This document shows positions 1 through 10,999 of a DNA stretch of 64,000 nucleotides, one piece after another. The stretch spans positions 185,504,001 to 185,568,000 of the forward strand of contig JBITNC010000001.1 in the NCBI GenBank assembly GCA_050084985.1, in the 5' to 3' direction. The notes under the pieces were generated by a model. The model was not told the DNA's origin. It worked only from the letters and a program-made list of their open reading frames with translations, and searched no databases. The DNA is from Nageia nagi (taxonomy: Eukaryota > Plantae > Pinophyta). A program made the position numbers and the translations under genes. Position 1 is the stretch's first letter. Every line of letters starts with the position of its first letter.

Positions 1-689
1 AGTCTAGTTATTTTCAACACATCTTAATAAAATACTATCAAAATGTTTATGAAAAAGAACATTATCACACAAACAATACTTCCCTAATTTAACTTTAAGA
101 GCTCATTTCATGTTGAATGATAAGTGTTCTCATGTTTGTCCTATCTTTAAGTATTCTAAGATATCATTGGACCAATTTCTATCATCCATCATTATAATCA
201 ATACTTGTGTCTGATGATCTTCTTCCAAAGTAGAAATATTTGTAATAAGCTCACATAATCCTTTTCTTATGACCAATTTGACTAACTTAAAAACTAAATC
301 ATGTTCTTGAATTATGGCTATCCAATAACCTTTGATAACACCTAGTTCTTTTTTTTTCAAGATGGATTTTACAACTAAATTTGGTACAAAAAATGTGACC
401 TATCATCTAGAAATATAAACTTTGAAATTCTTCACTACTTTGTCTATGGTGAATGCTTACTTTTCTAGAAAAGTGTAGTTTTCCTTTGCACTTTTTAGAG
501 CATGACTCATGAAGGCAATTATATGTTCCTCATATTTGTCATTCATTTATGTTAATATTGAAGAAATAGTATGATTTTATGAATAATTGTACATCCTAAA
601 AGGTTTAATAAAATTAGGTTATACCACAGTGGTTGCAGTTGTAAGACCCTCCTTAATGCTTTTAAAATCTAATTTTCCTTTGTTAGACC

Positions 690-1450
690 ATTTAAATTCC
701 ACATTTTGTTTTAGCATTTTACTTAATGGAAACATGATTTCTACAAAATCAATGATAAATCTTCATAAGAAATTAAAAATTCCAAATAAAGATTGTAAAT
801 ATTTCCTACTTGTTGGCAAAGGAATTTTCTTGATAGCAATTACCCACTCTGGATCAATACAAGTTCCTTATTTAGTTATTATGTGTCCTAGGAGCTTCCC
901 TTTAGTTAATCCAAAAATGGATTTCTTTGGATTTAATGATATCCCAAATTCTTTACATATCTCCAATACCTAAACAACATGTTTCACATGGTCTTCTCTA
1001 TATTTTGAAAATATTATCATATCATCTAGATATATTTTAATAATTTTATTTATCAAATTCTTGAAAATGAAATCCATTGCTCTCTAGAAAGTAGCACCTA
1101 CATTAGTTAACCTGAATGGTATCCTTTTATATGTGAATGTACCTAAAGGAGTAGTGAAAGCTATTATAAAATGATCTTCTTCTACAACCCAAATTTGATT
1201 ATAACCAAAATAACCATCCATTAAAGACAACATCTTCGAGCAATTGCATATTTGTAAAAGATGATCCATAAAAGGTAATTGGGTAATTATCTTTAATAGA
1301 TGCTAAGTTGAGATTTCAAAAGTTAATACATATTCTAATTTCTCTATTTTTCTTTGGACTAGAATTATATTGGCTACCTAAGAAGAATATCTAATTAGAT
1401 AAATAATATTTGATGTTAGCATTTTCTCAACTTCCTTTTTTATCATTCCT
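690..1450 (-). pseudogene. Reverse transcriptase remnant (Ty3/gypsy)
   Basis: ORF 1084-1269 reads MDHLLQ..LSLMDGYFGYNQI..AFTTPLGTFTYKRIPFRLTNVGATF; tatctagatgat (YLDD) on the minus strand at 1021-1032. Confidence 0.93.
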
Positions 1451-1994
1451 TCAATTTCTAGGTTGAAACAACATGGTTTTTTTTTGGAAAGGTTTAGAAT
1501 TATCTTTCAATTGTAATGATATGTTGGAATATGTCTTTTCTAAACCCTTTAAGATAGTAATAATTCTAGGAAAAACTTTCTTAAAGTTTTTGAAAATTTT
1601 GATTAGCTCTTCTCTTTTCTCTAGGGTGCATCTAGTACCAATTAGGACTTCTTTTGGTATTCCATTTGGATTCAAATTGAATGTCTCCATTGACTTTGAT
1701 ATCTCTTTAATCAAATTTTGATGACTGAAGTGATAATTTTAGATCATAGAGATTTTCTAATTTGATCATTCCTGGAGTTATTCTATTTGAATCTAACTAC
1801 ATGATTTTATTTGATTTCATAAAGCCTGATGAATATTCTTTGATGCATTACAAAAAGTGTAATAACTATTTATCAAAATGAAATACTTTCCAATGTTTAG
1901 TATTTTTTGGTACTGCTAGTCTAAAAAGTAACTCAATGTGATAATATCCCAATCCAAGAGAAGCATCTGGTTTATCATGGTGACTGATACTACT

Positions 1995-2350
1995 AAGGAA
2001 TTTGCCTAAGAATTCTAACTTTAGGGAATAATAGTTATATTAAAGGAATCAAAAGTTTCAATCATGTACCATATGAGGTGTCTACTTGATTGTAACTTAG
2101 GATTTTTGGTCTAAAACTAATTTTTAACCCTTTTGAAAATTAACTCTACATCCCCAAAACATATCAGATTTTGAAACTGTAACTCTTTCTTTGTTATATT
2201 CAAACCTTGATATAAGGCTTCATATTCAGTGATGTTATTGGTGCAAACCTCATTAAAAAAATTTCTTAGCTCCATTAGGATCTATAAAAATGATGCCTAC
2301 TCCATTTCCTTCTTTGCATTTACTACCATCAAAATACATTTTCCATACAT
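1995..2350 (-). pseudogene. Additional (archaeal-type) RNase H remnant lying between protease and RT
   Basis: Manual translation gives VWKMYFDGSKCKEGNGVGIIFI / CTNNITEYEALYQGL / FGDVELI / FDSFNITIIP..N..ANSL, matching the aRH motifs WxxxFDG, TNNxAEYEA, GDSxL and NxxADxL. Confidence 0.88.
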
Positions 2351-2599
2351 CATTCATATTTAGGATATAAATATCCCTTTTAGATTCTTCTTTAATAGCT
2401 TGATATGAACCAATTTCTATATCTTGAAAGAAAAATATCGATTAATTTTCTAGCTGATCAACTTCATGCATAGGATCTTCTTGAATATTCCCTTCAATCC
2501 TACTTTCTTCAAGGACAACCACCCATATTTGTTTAGCTTCAAGTTTTAGAATTTGTAATTTATCTTTAACCAAATTTTGAGCAAATTACCAATCCAAAG

Positions 2600-2880
2600 A
2601 GATCATACCACCCATAGTCACTTCAAACTATCTTCCCAAAAGCATTCCATAAGTGATAGGCATGTCAACTACCAAAATATTCATATGAATCTTTCAAGAT
2701 GGAAATGCAAATAGATTAATAGTGATATCTTTAACTTTACCAATTGGTTTTACATTAGAAGAATCCATTTGAAAATAAAAATATTCATATTTAGTAAAAT
2801 TTAGTTTCAAAATTTGAGCAACTTTTAATAGCATAATGTTATTTGTAGCTCCTAAATCTAAGATACAATTGCACAATTTC
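2600..2880 (-). pseudogene. Retroelement aspartic protease remnant
   Basis: ORF 2694-2876 CILDLGATNNIM; downstream YGMLLGR*. Confidence 0.88.
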
Positions 2881-3399
2881 TACTATTCACCCAAAGAGAC
2901 ATGTAAAATGGGGGGAGTCTATACATTTTTTATTAAGCTACATAAGCTTATTCTCCAATGTTAACCTTCCTCATAATCATATTTGCACATGTTTTAGTAG
3001 GTTTGATGACATCTAGAAGCTCTTTCATAGCTTAGGGATCACTCTACAAAATTTTGCAAGATAGAAACACTGGCCATATTTTTGGATTAGTCTTTGATCA
3101 CACTGTATTTTGAAATGGATGGATCTTTTTTTTATTTTGGTCGATTTGTATTTCTTTGGATTTTGTCTGAGTTTTATCTAAATTTTTATCCTATTGTTGA
3201 GTTTGAAGCTTGGTTTGGGATCTTATCATCATGATGTAATATTTAGAAGATCCAATACTATCTTGGTAGAAATTTTCTTGAACACCTTCATTATTTTCTT
3301 CCAAGACCAAATTAGATTCTCCTTGTTTGATTGGATCACTATTTTATAATAGTACTTCATTTTTTGCAATCATTTCTTGCAAGGTATTCATAGCAATAA

Positions 3400-4270
3400 A
3401 ATTGTTAAGATCATGTTCATACTTATAGAGATTGCAATAAGAGTTCAGAGTTGAAGATTCTGATACATCTAAAAGAATAGGTACTATCTTCTTCTCTTCT
3501 CTAAAATCTCCTCTATTTTGATGTAAATTTTTTTTGAAGTTCTATCGAGGTCTGAATCCTTGTAGTGTATTTTGGGTTTGTTGAATAGTCAAATTGGCCA
3601 ATTTCCTCAATAATTCATTTTCAACCTATTTTTGTTGAGGTGCTTCATTTTTATCTTCTTTACTAGATGATTTAGCATTCCCTTTTTTTTATTCAAAAGG
3701 TTTGTTCCTCTTAGTTTTTTCTATAGAAATCATGAATTCTTCATGTCTAATTACTTCATCCATTGCATTATGGAATGTAGTAGGTTTGCAAATTATTTTC
3801 ATATATCCCAAGTTAGGATCTAGAGTATTAATGAAGAAACATTTTTTGACTTGGTCAATAGGATGTAAATTCCTGGGAATTCTACAAAATATTTTGTTAA
3901 AATAGTCTTCTAATTATGGAATAAATTCTTTATCCTTTTTCTTTATATGTGAAAGTTCATTGATTAGTTCTATTCCCAAGACTTGACTTTTGAATCTTGC
4001 TAAAAATGCATCTGATAAATTATCCCAACTAGTAATTGATCCAATAGAAAAAGAATTATACCAATGCAAAGCAAACAAAAAACATGCATACTACAACATC
4101 TTCATATTTGATCCCATTTACTTCATAAAAAGTGTTGAAGTTTTCAATATGTTCTTTGGTAGTATTACTAGATTGGTCTCTTGAAAAATGAGGAAGATCT
4201 CTAGTTTTTTTTAGGGAGTTTGTGTATTTCTCCTTGTAAATTCAAAGGTCTACAAATATTTTCCCATGTT
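3400..4270 (-). pseudogene. Gag remnant
   Basis: Retrotransposon gag-like WYNSF..GSITSWDNLSDAFLARF and a degenerate Cys/His knuckle near 3410-3440. Confidence 0.75.
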
Positions 4271-5392
4271 CATGGAAGTCTCTAATTTCCTTCTACCATT
4301 TAAAAAGCTTTAGTATTAGATTCAAAACCTACAAAATCATTTTCATATTCTTCAAGCAATATAGTTCTTAGAAGAGTAGGGTTTCTTGTTTCAACAAGTG
4401 TGGTATTTGGATTTGCATTTTCTCATTCTCTTTGTATTCTTTGTAAATGTATTTCATGTTTTGTAGGGTCAAGATTCCAAGAACTTATTTCAATCGATCC
4501 TAAGCTTCAATTTGTTCTTCTAGAGGGACTTGTTAGTTTGGAAAACTCAGCAGTTGATGAAAGATGTTAAACTTTGACTTCTTCTTAGTGATGTTTTAGA
4601 ATTAAATGTGAAAGTTTAGGCTTCAATGTCAAGGATAAAATTCAATGTTTGACCTTGCAATAGTTCATCATCTAAATTATTATTATCTGTTGGATATCCA
4701 CTAGTTCCCAAGACTTCTTCAAGATAAAATATTTTCAAAATCTCTCATATATCAATAATTTTTAACCCAATTTATCATTTGGTTTGCAAAATATATATCT
4801 CTTCTAATAACTTGGTTGTTTTATTGATTTTCTGGTGTTAAAGTTCTCTCTTGACTTTTATCAATAATTCTTGCAATAAAGTATTTAAGATCTAAGAGAC
4901 TAGATTGGGTTCTCTGATAATTGAAGAGAGATAACTAACATTTGAAGTAACTAAAGTTCATGATAATAGCTATACTAGATTTGTCTCAATTATAATAAAG
5001 AAACTTGTCTTGAACCTTACTATATCTTCTCTATCAAATTCATAATCTCACTCTATATGGCATCTACTGATATCTATTTTTTCTTCATCAAATGTGTCTA
5101 AAGGTTCTACCAAAGTTGGAATTTTTGAATTTGCTTCACTCCAAAAGGCTCTTTCAATGAAGGTATTCCTAGATTTTTGATTCTCGATCTAAAGTGCACT
5201 TGGGAGATACCTTTTTTCTATTCTTATAAACACTTCTTATTTAGTTTGAGCCATAATATTGAAAATTATTTTGTTGAAGAAAAGTGATTTATTCCTTATT
5301 TCTTCTCAAATCCTTCTAACTTGTTGGTTCTAAAAAGTGTGATATCTTGCAAAGTTAGGATGAGGATTCACCATATCTTTTCAACATTATTC

Positions 5393-5395
<3 letters not shown>

Positions 5396-5432
<37 letters not shown>
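5396..5432. repeat. (TA)n microsatellite in the retroelement 5' leader
   Basis: Perfect TA run seen directly. Confidence 0.97.
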
Positions 5433-5437
<5 letters not shown>

Positions 5438-5559
5438 CTCTTTTCAAAAAATAGTAAATTTCAATGTGGTTTTGTACTTGGAACATATCTCAAGTGACTA
5501 GCTTATTTTAGAGTCACCAAGTTAACTTCAACTAGCTAAAAGGTATTTCTTGACTCACT

Positions 5560-5579
5560 TCCCTAGCAAAATCACCAAT
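5560..5579 (-). promoter_or_regulatory. Degenerate primer-binding site (tRNA-Asp-like)
   Basis: Minus strand TTGGTGATTTTGCTAGGGA resembles TGGCGCCGTTGCCGGGGA after CpG decay and abuts the LTR end at 5582. Confidence 0.6.
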
Positions 5580-5581
5580 TC

Positions 5582-6110
5582 TATTAACCACTTTTTCTTA
5601 TTAGTAGAAAAAGGAAACAATAGAGATCTAAGATCCTCCTTTTAATGAGGTGATCCTCAATGTGTTTTCTTAATGATAATGGATTGTGTCAATACTTATG
5701 TTATTATTCTCACAATATTTCCCATATTTAGATTAAATACTTGCTCCATTGATTCTAGAAAAGTAATTAATTACTTAATGTTTGTAACTCAGATGCATTA
5801 GAGTTTCTCAAATTATCTAAGTTACGAGGAAGATAGTAATATTTTTCGCACAGGTATCTCTTCACTTATTGAATGAATATTTTCATATTTTTTTAAATAT
5901 TTTTTCACCTTTTCCACTAAATGTGCAATGATAGTTTATTTCAATCACAATTTTTCTTATCCTTGAATTAAATGTTCATTCTACTAATCCCAAAAAAGTA
6001 AATCAATCACTTAACTATTTAACCAGGTTGAAGAATCTTGCTCAACTTAATCAAGTTATAAATAAATAATGATATATCTCATGTGAATTTCCTTACACTT
6101 GGTTTCTTTT
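5582..6110 (-). repeat. Partial 5' LTR (U5 end) of the Tat-type element
   Basis: Adjacent to the PBS; the first ~90 bp (ttaaccactttttc..gaaaaagg..tttaatgaggtgatcct) match 10227-10315. Confidence 0.65.
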
Positions 6111-8417
6111 ACTTCTAAGATGATTAATGGTCATGTTATCATTGACCAAGACAATTTGGTTGCCATGTTCCTCTTATTTTCTTTTCTTTCTCTTATTTTT
6201 GTTCTCTTCATCATCATCATATCCATTACCATCACTTCCAAATGCTCAGGATGAATTTTTATATGACTTTTGTGAACTTAAACTTTTATGAGGAGTAATA
6301 GCTTTTCTAGCCTTAGATCGAGTGGTCGAGTGCTCTATAGTTTGAGTAGATCCCTTGGTTATTCATTGAATAGGGATATTTGAAACTACTCCTTGATGTG
6401 AATATTCAGGGATGGAAGAAGATTAAGTAGCAATCAAATCCAAAATGGAAGAAACTTCATGATAAATGGGTATATTTTCTTTGATCTCCCCTTTTTCTTC
6501 AAAGTTAATGATGTTTACATATTCTACTTCCCCTTCTATATGAGCATCTGTTATTGTACTAGGATTTTGATATTGTTTGAAATATTCTTTAACTAGCTTA
6601 TTATCCTCTTCTTATTATTCTCCTTCTTCTTCTCCTCCCACTTGTTCTTATCCTTGCTCAATGATACAACTCCATCTTAAGTTTTTGGTTATCATCATTA
6701 GAATTATTGGACCTGTTAGAAGAACTACTTCTAGAAGAAGGATTTCTAGTAGGGATTGTATTATGATTACTTTATTTACTTTCAAATTGATATTTTGAGT
6801 GTACCATTGATGCATTAATTATTTTTAAAATATAAAACCCTTGCATTGAGCCAAACTAGTTAAAATTAGGGTCTTTTGTAAAATCTTGTTTAGCTATTTG
6901 TTAAGCTATAAGATGTGGCAAGTGACTCTTTAGATTTGTATCTCTTGATACTCCTTATATTTTCTCCCTTTCCTCTTGAGCTAATTATTTTGATATCCTT
7001 TGAATCTTTAGCTTTGAATGTACATTCCTAAATTTTAAAAGGTGGCCATGGGAGTGGTATCTGTAATTTGTGTGAAACTTTTGATAAAATATATCAACTA
7101 CTTTGGTTGGATCATAATTTATTTTCAATGCATGCTTCTCAAAATCATATCCTTTAATTTCATACTTAATTATTTTAAATTCAAACCAATTATTGCAATA
7201 GTACCATGATAAGGTGATGGGCATTTTGATGGGTGCCTCTTTCTTTTCTTTAACAAATGTTTCATGAAAATAAAAAGTTTGTTTGAAAAATTCTAAAAAC
7301 ACCATTCTATCACTGAGATATCATGAAAATTTGAGGTGAGCCACATCCACACCAAATACTCTGATGTAAGAATTATCAAATTCTTCTAAGTAGAAATCAT
7401 CAAAACTTTTTAAAAAGTCATAGGCTTTAATGGAAATTTTGGGCATTTGTTATGGTATTGTCATATCATTAATTATGGCATATTACCATTCATTTATTCT
7501 CATTTGAATATAGCTCCACTCTTCATCATTGTGGAACTTGGGGTATCCCATATGAATAACTACCTTTTTATTGAAAATGATCTTTTCAATACAATGGGCC
7601 CTTGATTGATTCTTGCCTTTGAGAAGTAAAAAGACTAAATAGGATATATAAAAGAATGATATTATATTCTTAACTTATTTGAGCTACTCAATCATACTAT
7701 CACTTATAACCTAACTCCAACCTATGCTATCTCCTTTGTTAACTTTATATAAGAAACTAAACAAATCATTCTTAAAAGAAATGTCAATAGATTTACCCAA
7801 AATCTTGCATAAGAAGTTAATGTCTTTGTTTTAGGTATCATGGAATAGGCACATTTGGGCTTTTATTATGGCTTGATGGGCTAGGCCATGATGTTATATC
7901 TTTAACAAAGACTAGATGAAGTCACTGGACCTATATTTGTTATTTTATTCTTCATATTTAAGATTAGCATATTCTTGAGTGAAAATAATCCCACAGTTAG
8001 ACCAACCCATATCTTTCTCAATACCTTCTTTCATCAAATCTATAATAATTATTCCTTCTAAATGAGTGAAAACTCATCTTGTGAAATTAGTATGCTTTGC
8101 TACTTCTAAAACCAACTCTAGAAAGTTTATTGAAAATGGAATAACTAGAACTATAAATAGTCCTAAAGAATGGAGGACATCTTTTTCTCTAACCTCTTCT
8201 AGAATACCCTCTTCTTCTCTTAGCATAAAAATTGGATCAGTATGATTCCATTTTGGGTCTCTTATACTTTCTACCCTATTGTAGTAATGGGCTCTTGTTT
8301 AACTCTCTCATATTTATTCAATTTTACAAAGTTACTCTTGGTCAGTTAATAGTAACCACCAGAATCCTTATTTGACTTACTTATCTTGAAAATAACAAAG
8401 GTTAATTTTAGCCATCA
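6110..8417 (-). pseudogene. Retroelement accessory ORF remnant, copy A (unknown function)
   Basis: Long broken reading frame. Segments SLGLFIVLVIPFSINFLELV..HTNFTR and DNSYIRVFG..YLSDRMVFLEFFKQ..MPITLSWYYC align by eye to copy B. Acidic/Ser-Arg-rich C-terminal part. Confidence 0.7.
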
Positions 8418-9154
8418 TCTCAAGAAAATATAAAATGAGTGCAATTTTATCAAAAATTCATTTTTCATAAATTACTATTTTTGTTTAGTCAAATCAAGTT
8501 ATCAACATAAGTTGGTGAGACAAGCAAATTTTAACTAAGTTGCTTTAGGCATAATCTTATCATGATGCAAAAATAGAAGTTCTTAGGTTCTTTAAGTTGA
8601 AGTGCGAGATGATACAACTAAGATACATTGAAGTTGCTTTGAATTTAATACCAAAAGGATGTGACTAAAACATTGTTTGATCAATCTTGAACTTAGTCAC
8701 TTTGAGTTTAGATAAGATAGGTTGCAATAAAAATAATGCAAGATCCCAATGAGATGATTTTCAACTTGATGCTATAAAATAGTTAGCAATTTTTCATGTT
8801 CGATCATTATTAAATGAATATAAACCAAACATGATAAATAAATAACTTAGCCGCTATGAGTGAAGGTGAAAAATGATGTGACAAAGGTAAACAAGATCTG
8901 ATTTGACTAAGTCCTTTAGATGTTGATATCTTTGGTCAGCTCGAAGTAGTTCGCAATGAATGGCAACGATATTAAAAGCTTCTTAATAGTTGTGGCTTAG
9001 ATTTTAATACCTTGCAATAATAATTATTACTTTAACTAAATACCCAAATTAGTGCGAGCACTTTGAACACCTTAGTTGTTCTAGCTAGATAGATAAAACA
9101 CTCCAAAAAAAGCATAAAACTAAATGCTAGATGGTAAATGAAAGGTCTCTCTAA

Positions 9155-9215
9155 CTATTTATAGGTGAAAGCAACATGAAGGGACATGTGTTGGAGATCA
9201 AGATAAAGATTTCCC
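9155..9215 (-). promoter_or_regulatory. TATA box (CCTATAAATAG) and upstream GACA(C/T)GTG-like box ahead of accessory ORF A
   Basis: tatttatagg followed ~20 bp later by ggacatgtgtt..gat.agata; the same arrangement occurs at 15424-15480. Confidence 0.55.
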
Positions 9216-9539
9216 TAGATTAGCTGATTGAAATATGATGAGAAGATGACATTGGTGATGTGAGTGATCATGAAGATGGAGTGAATAGTCACTTCATGTT
9301 GCTGGTATAGTGGATGCGATCAAAGGACTAAATAGTCACATCGAGATGAAAATCAAGATGATGTGATAAGAAAAATATCAAGTCACTTTGAGTTTGGTTT
9401 CTAAGTGGATGTAATAAAAGAAACAAAAATATAGTCAAAATTCATTATTTTAAGCTATAATTTTAGAAAATATGATTATTTTAGTTTTTATATCATAATG
9501 AGAATTGACTTTCACCTTTCAGTGTTCTAAATGAGCACT

Positions 9540-10217
9540 TAGCTTTGAAATAAATTTTTTTGATGCTTTTCATTCAACAATTAAGTAGGATCAATTTTCA
9601 CTCGTGTCTATGGTAGGTATTATGGTCAAGATCAGAGGATGGCATTCAATGGTTTCATGGAAAGTAATTTCCATGTTAATTTCTAGAATATGCTCTTACC
9701 TCTATGATGAAATATGGTACCCAATAGTCCAAACTCTTTTTAGGATAAAAAGATATGATCTTGATAAACTTATTTTTGGATTTTTGACTATTTAATTTGT
9801 ATGTGTTTTAGTTAATTAATAAAAATAACACATAAAAAAACTTTTTTGTAGATGCTTAAATCAAAGAAAAAGTTTGGACAAAACTATTGATTAAAAATTT
9901 GGTGGTAATAGTAAGATGAAATGAAACTAGCCAAATAATCTCTTTTTAAATTTTTGTTGATAAATTTATCTCAAGGGAAAGAATTATGATACATGATGCC
10001 AACTTCATTACAAAAACATATTAATATCTAAGAATATTTCATTAAGGAAACTTTTTTGATGGGACTTTGCATCAAAATTTCCTTGACAAAATGGGTTATG
10101 TTTAAATTGTATATACAATGCTCAAAGATATACATCATTAATATTATCACTTCCTAAAGCTCAAATATTAAATCTAAGGAAATATTTTAAGATGATAAAG
10201 TTTTCCTTAAAAGGGAG
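9540..10217 (+). mobile_element. Highly decayed Ty1/copia RNase H C-terminus with PPT
   Basis: MVSWK (~9650), KHINI*EYFIKE (~10014-10050; cf. KHIDIRYHFIRE), LPK..LR, then ttaaaagggag. Confidence 0.5.
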
Positions 10218-10226
10218 TAAAGTCCT

Positions 10227-10940
10227 TCTTAACCATTTTTTCTGGTAGGAGAAAAAGGGGACAATAAGGAATTATGCAATCCTCATTTTTAATGAGGGGA
10301 TCCTTAATAGTATTCAATCTTCTTCTTCAACTAGCTCAAAGTCAAACAATATTTATAGTAGTTCTTAAATGGAAAACCTTTCCTTTTTATTGATCACATG
10401 GTAAAATAAATTATTTAGGATAACTTTATTTGCAATGTTTTCTTGAAATTAAAAATAGTTAAGAACATCCCCATATATTAGCTTAAAATAAGAATGAGAG
10501 TCTTTATCCTATAAATGTAACAGAAAAAACCAATACTGATTCACTAGAATTGGTCTTCACTATCAATCATAAATCTTACTTTAAATCTTGTAAAATTCAT
10601 AAAAGGTTATTACAATCACATGCAATACTAGTTTATTAATAAATTAGTAAATAAAACATCCATATAGAAATAATAGCCATAGAATGAAAATATAATAGCA
10701 ATAAAGTCTTCTTATTAATATTTAATCTTCAAAAATATAACTATTTCTTGCAATAGTGAGAGAGAGATACAAAAATGACCTCACCTCCCTTTTATAAGAT
10801 CAAGGGAGGTGGAAATACTTGACTATTCAACTACCCTATTTCAGTTACAAAAATGTCTCCTAAACTTTAGGAGGTTCCTTAGATTTTGTAACTAACCATA
10901 AAATGATAATTAAACATTAATTTATAGCTAATTGATTACA
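10227..10940 (-). repeat. LTR (probably the 3' LTR of a Tat-type element carrying accessory ORF B)
   Basis: Minus strand starts TGTAATC after purine-rich aagaaaatgagacattta; internal TATA (cttataaaaggg, ~10795); end matches the LTR end at 5582; no PBS beyond it. Confidence 0.6.
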
Positions 10941-10999
10941 TAAATGTCTCATTTTCTTAAAATTAAATATCTTTTGTTTCTTACCAAGTGTCCTCATTA

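Larger units (their letters stand above)
1..6110 (-). mobile_element. Degenerate Ty3/gypsy LTR retrotransposon (Tat-type, gag-PR-aRH-RT-RH-INT), running off the left edge inside integrase
   Basis: Minus-strand motifs in order: gag (LNLQGEIHKLP ~4240; WYNSFSIGSITSWDNLSDAFLARF ~4000-4070), protease CILDLGATNNIM (~2870), aRH (2000-2350), RT (DNYP..FMDHLLQ, MDGYFGYNQI, YLDD ~1021-1032), RH (AFMSHALK..NYTFLEK), INT N-terminus (WSNDILEYL). Many stops and frameshifts. Confidence 0.92.

Noticed and set aside
587-973. 128 aa plus-strand ORF (likewise 1473-1721, 3702-3905, 58580-58774 and 60620-60958)
   Set aside because: Antisense shadows of minus-strand gag/pol with no independent motif
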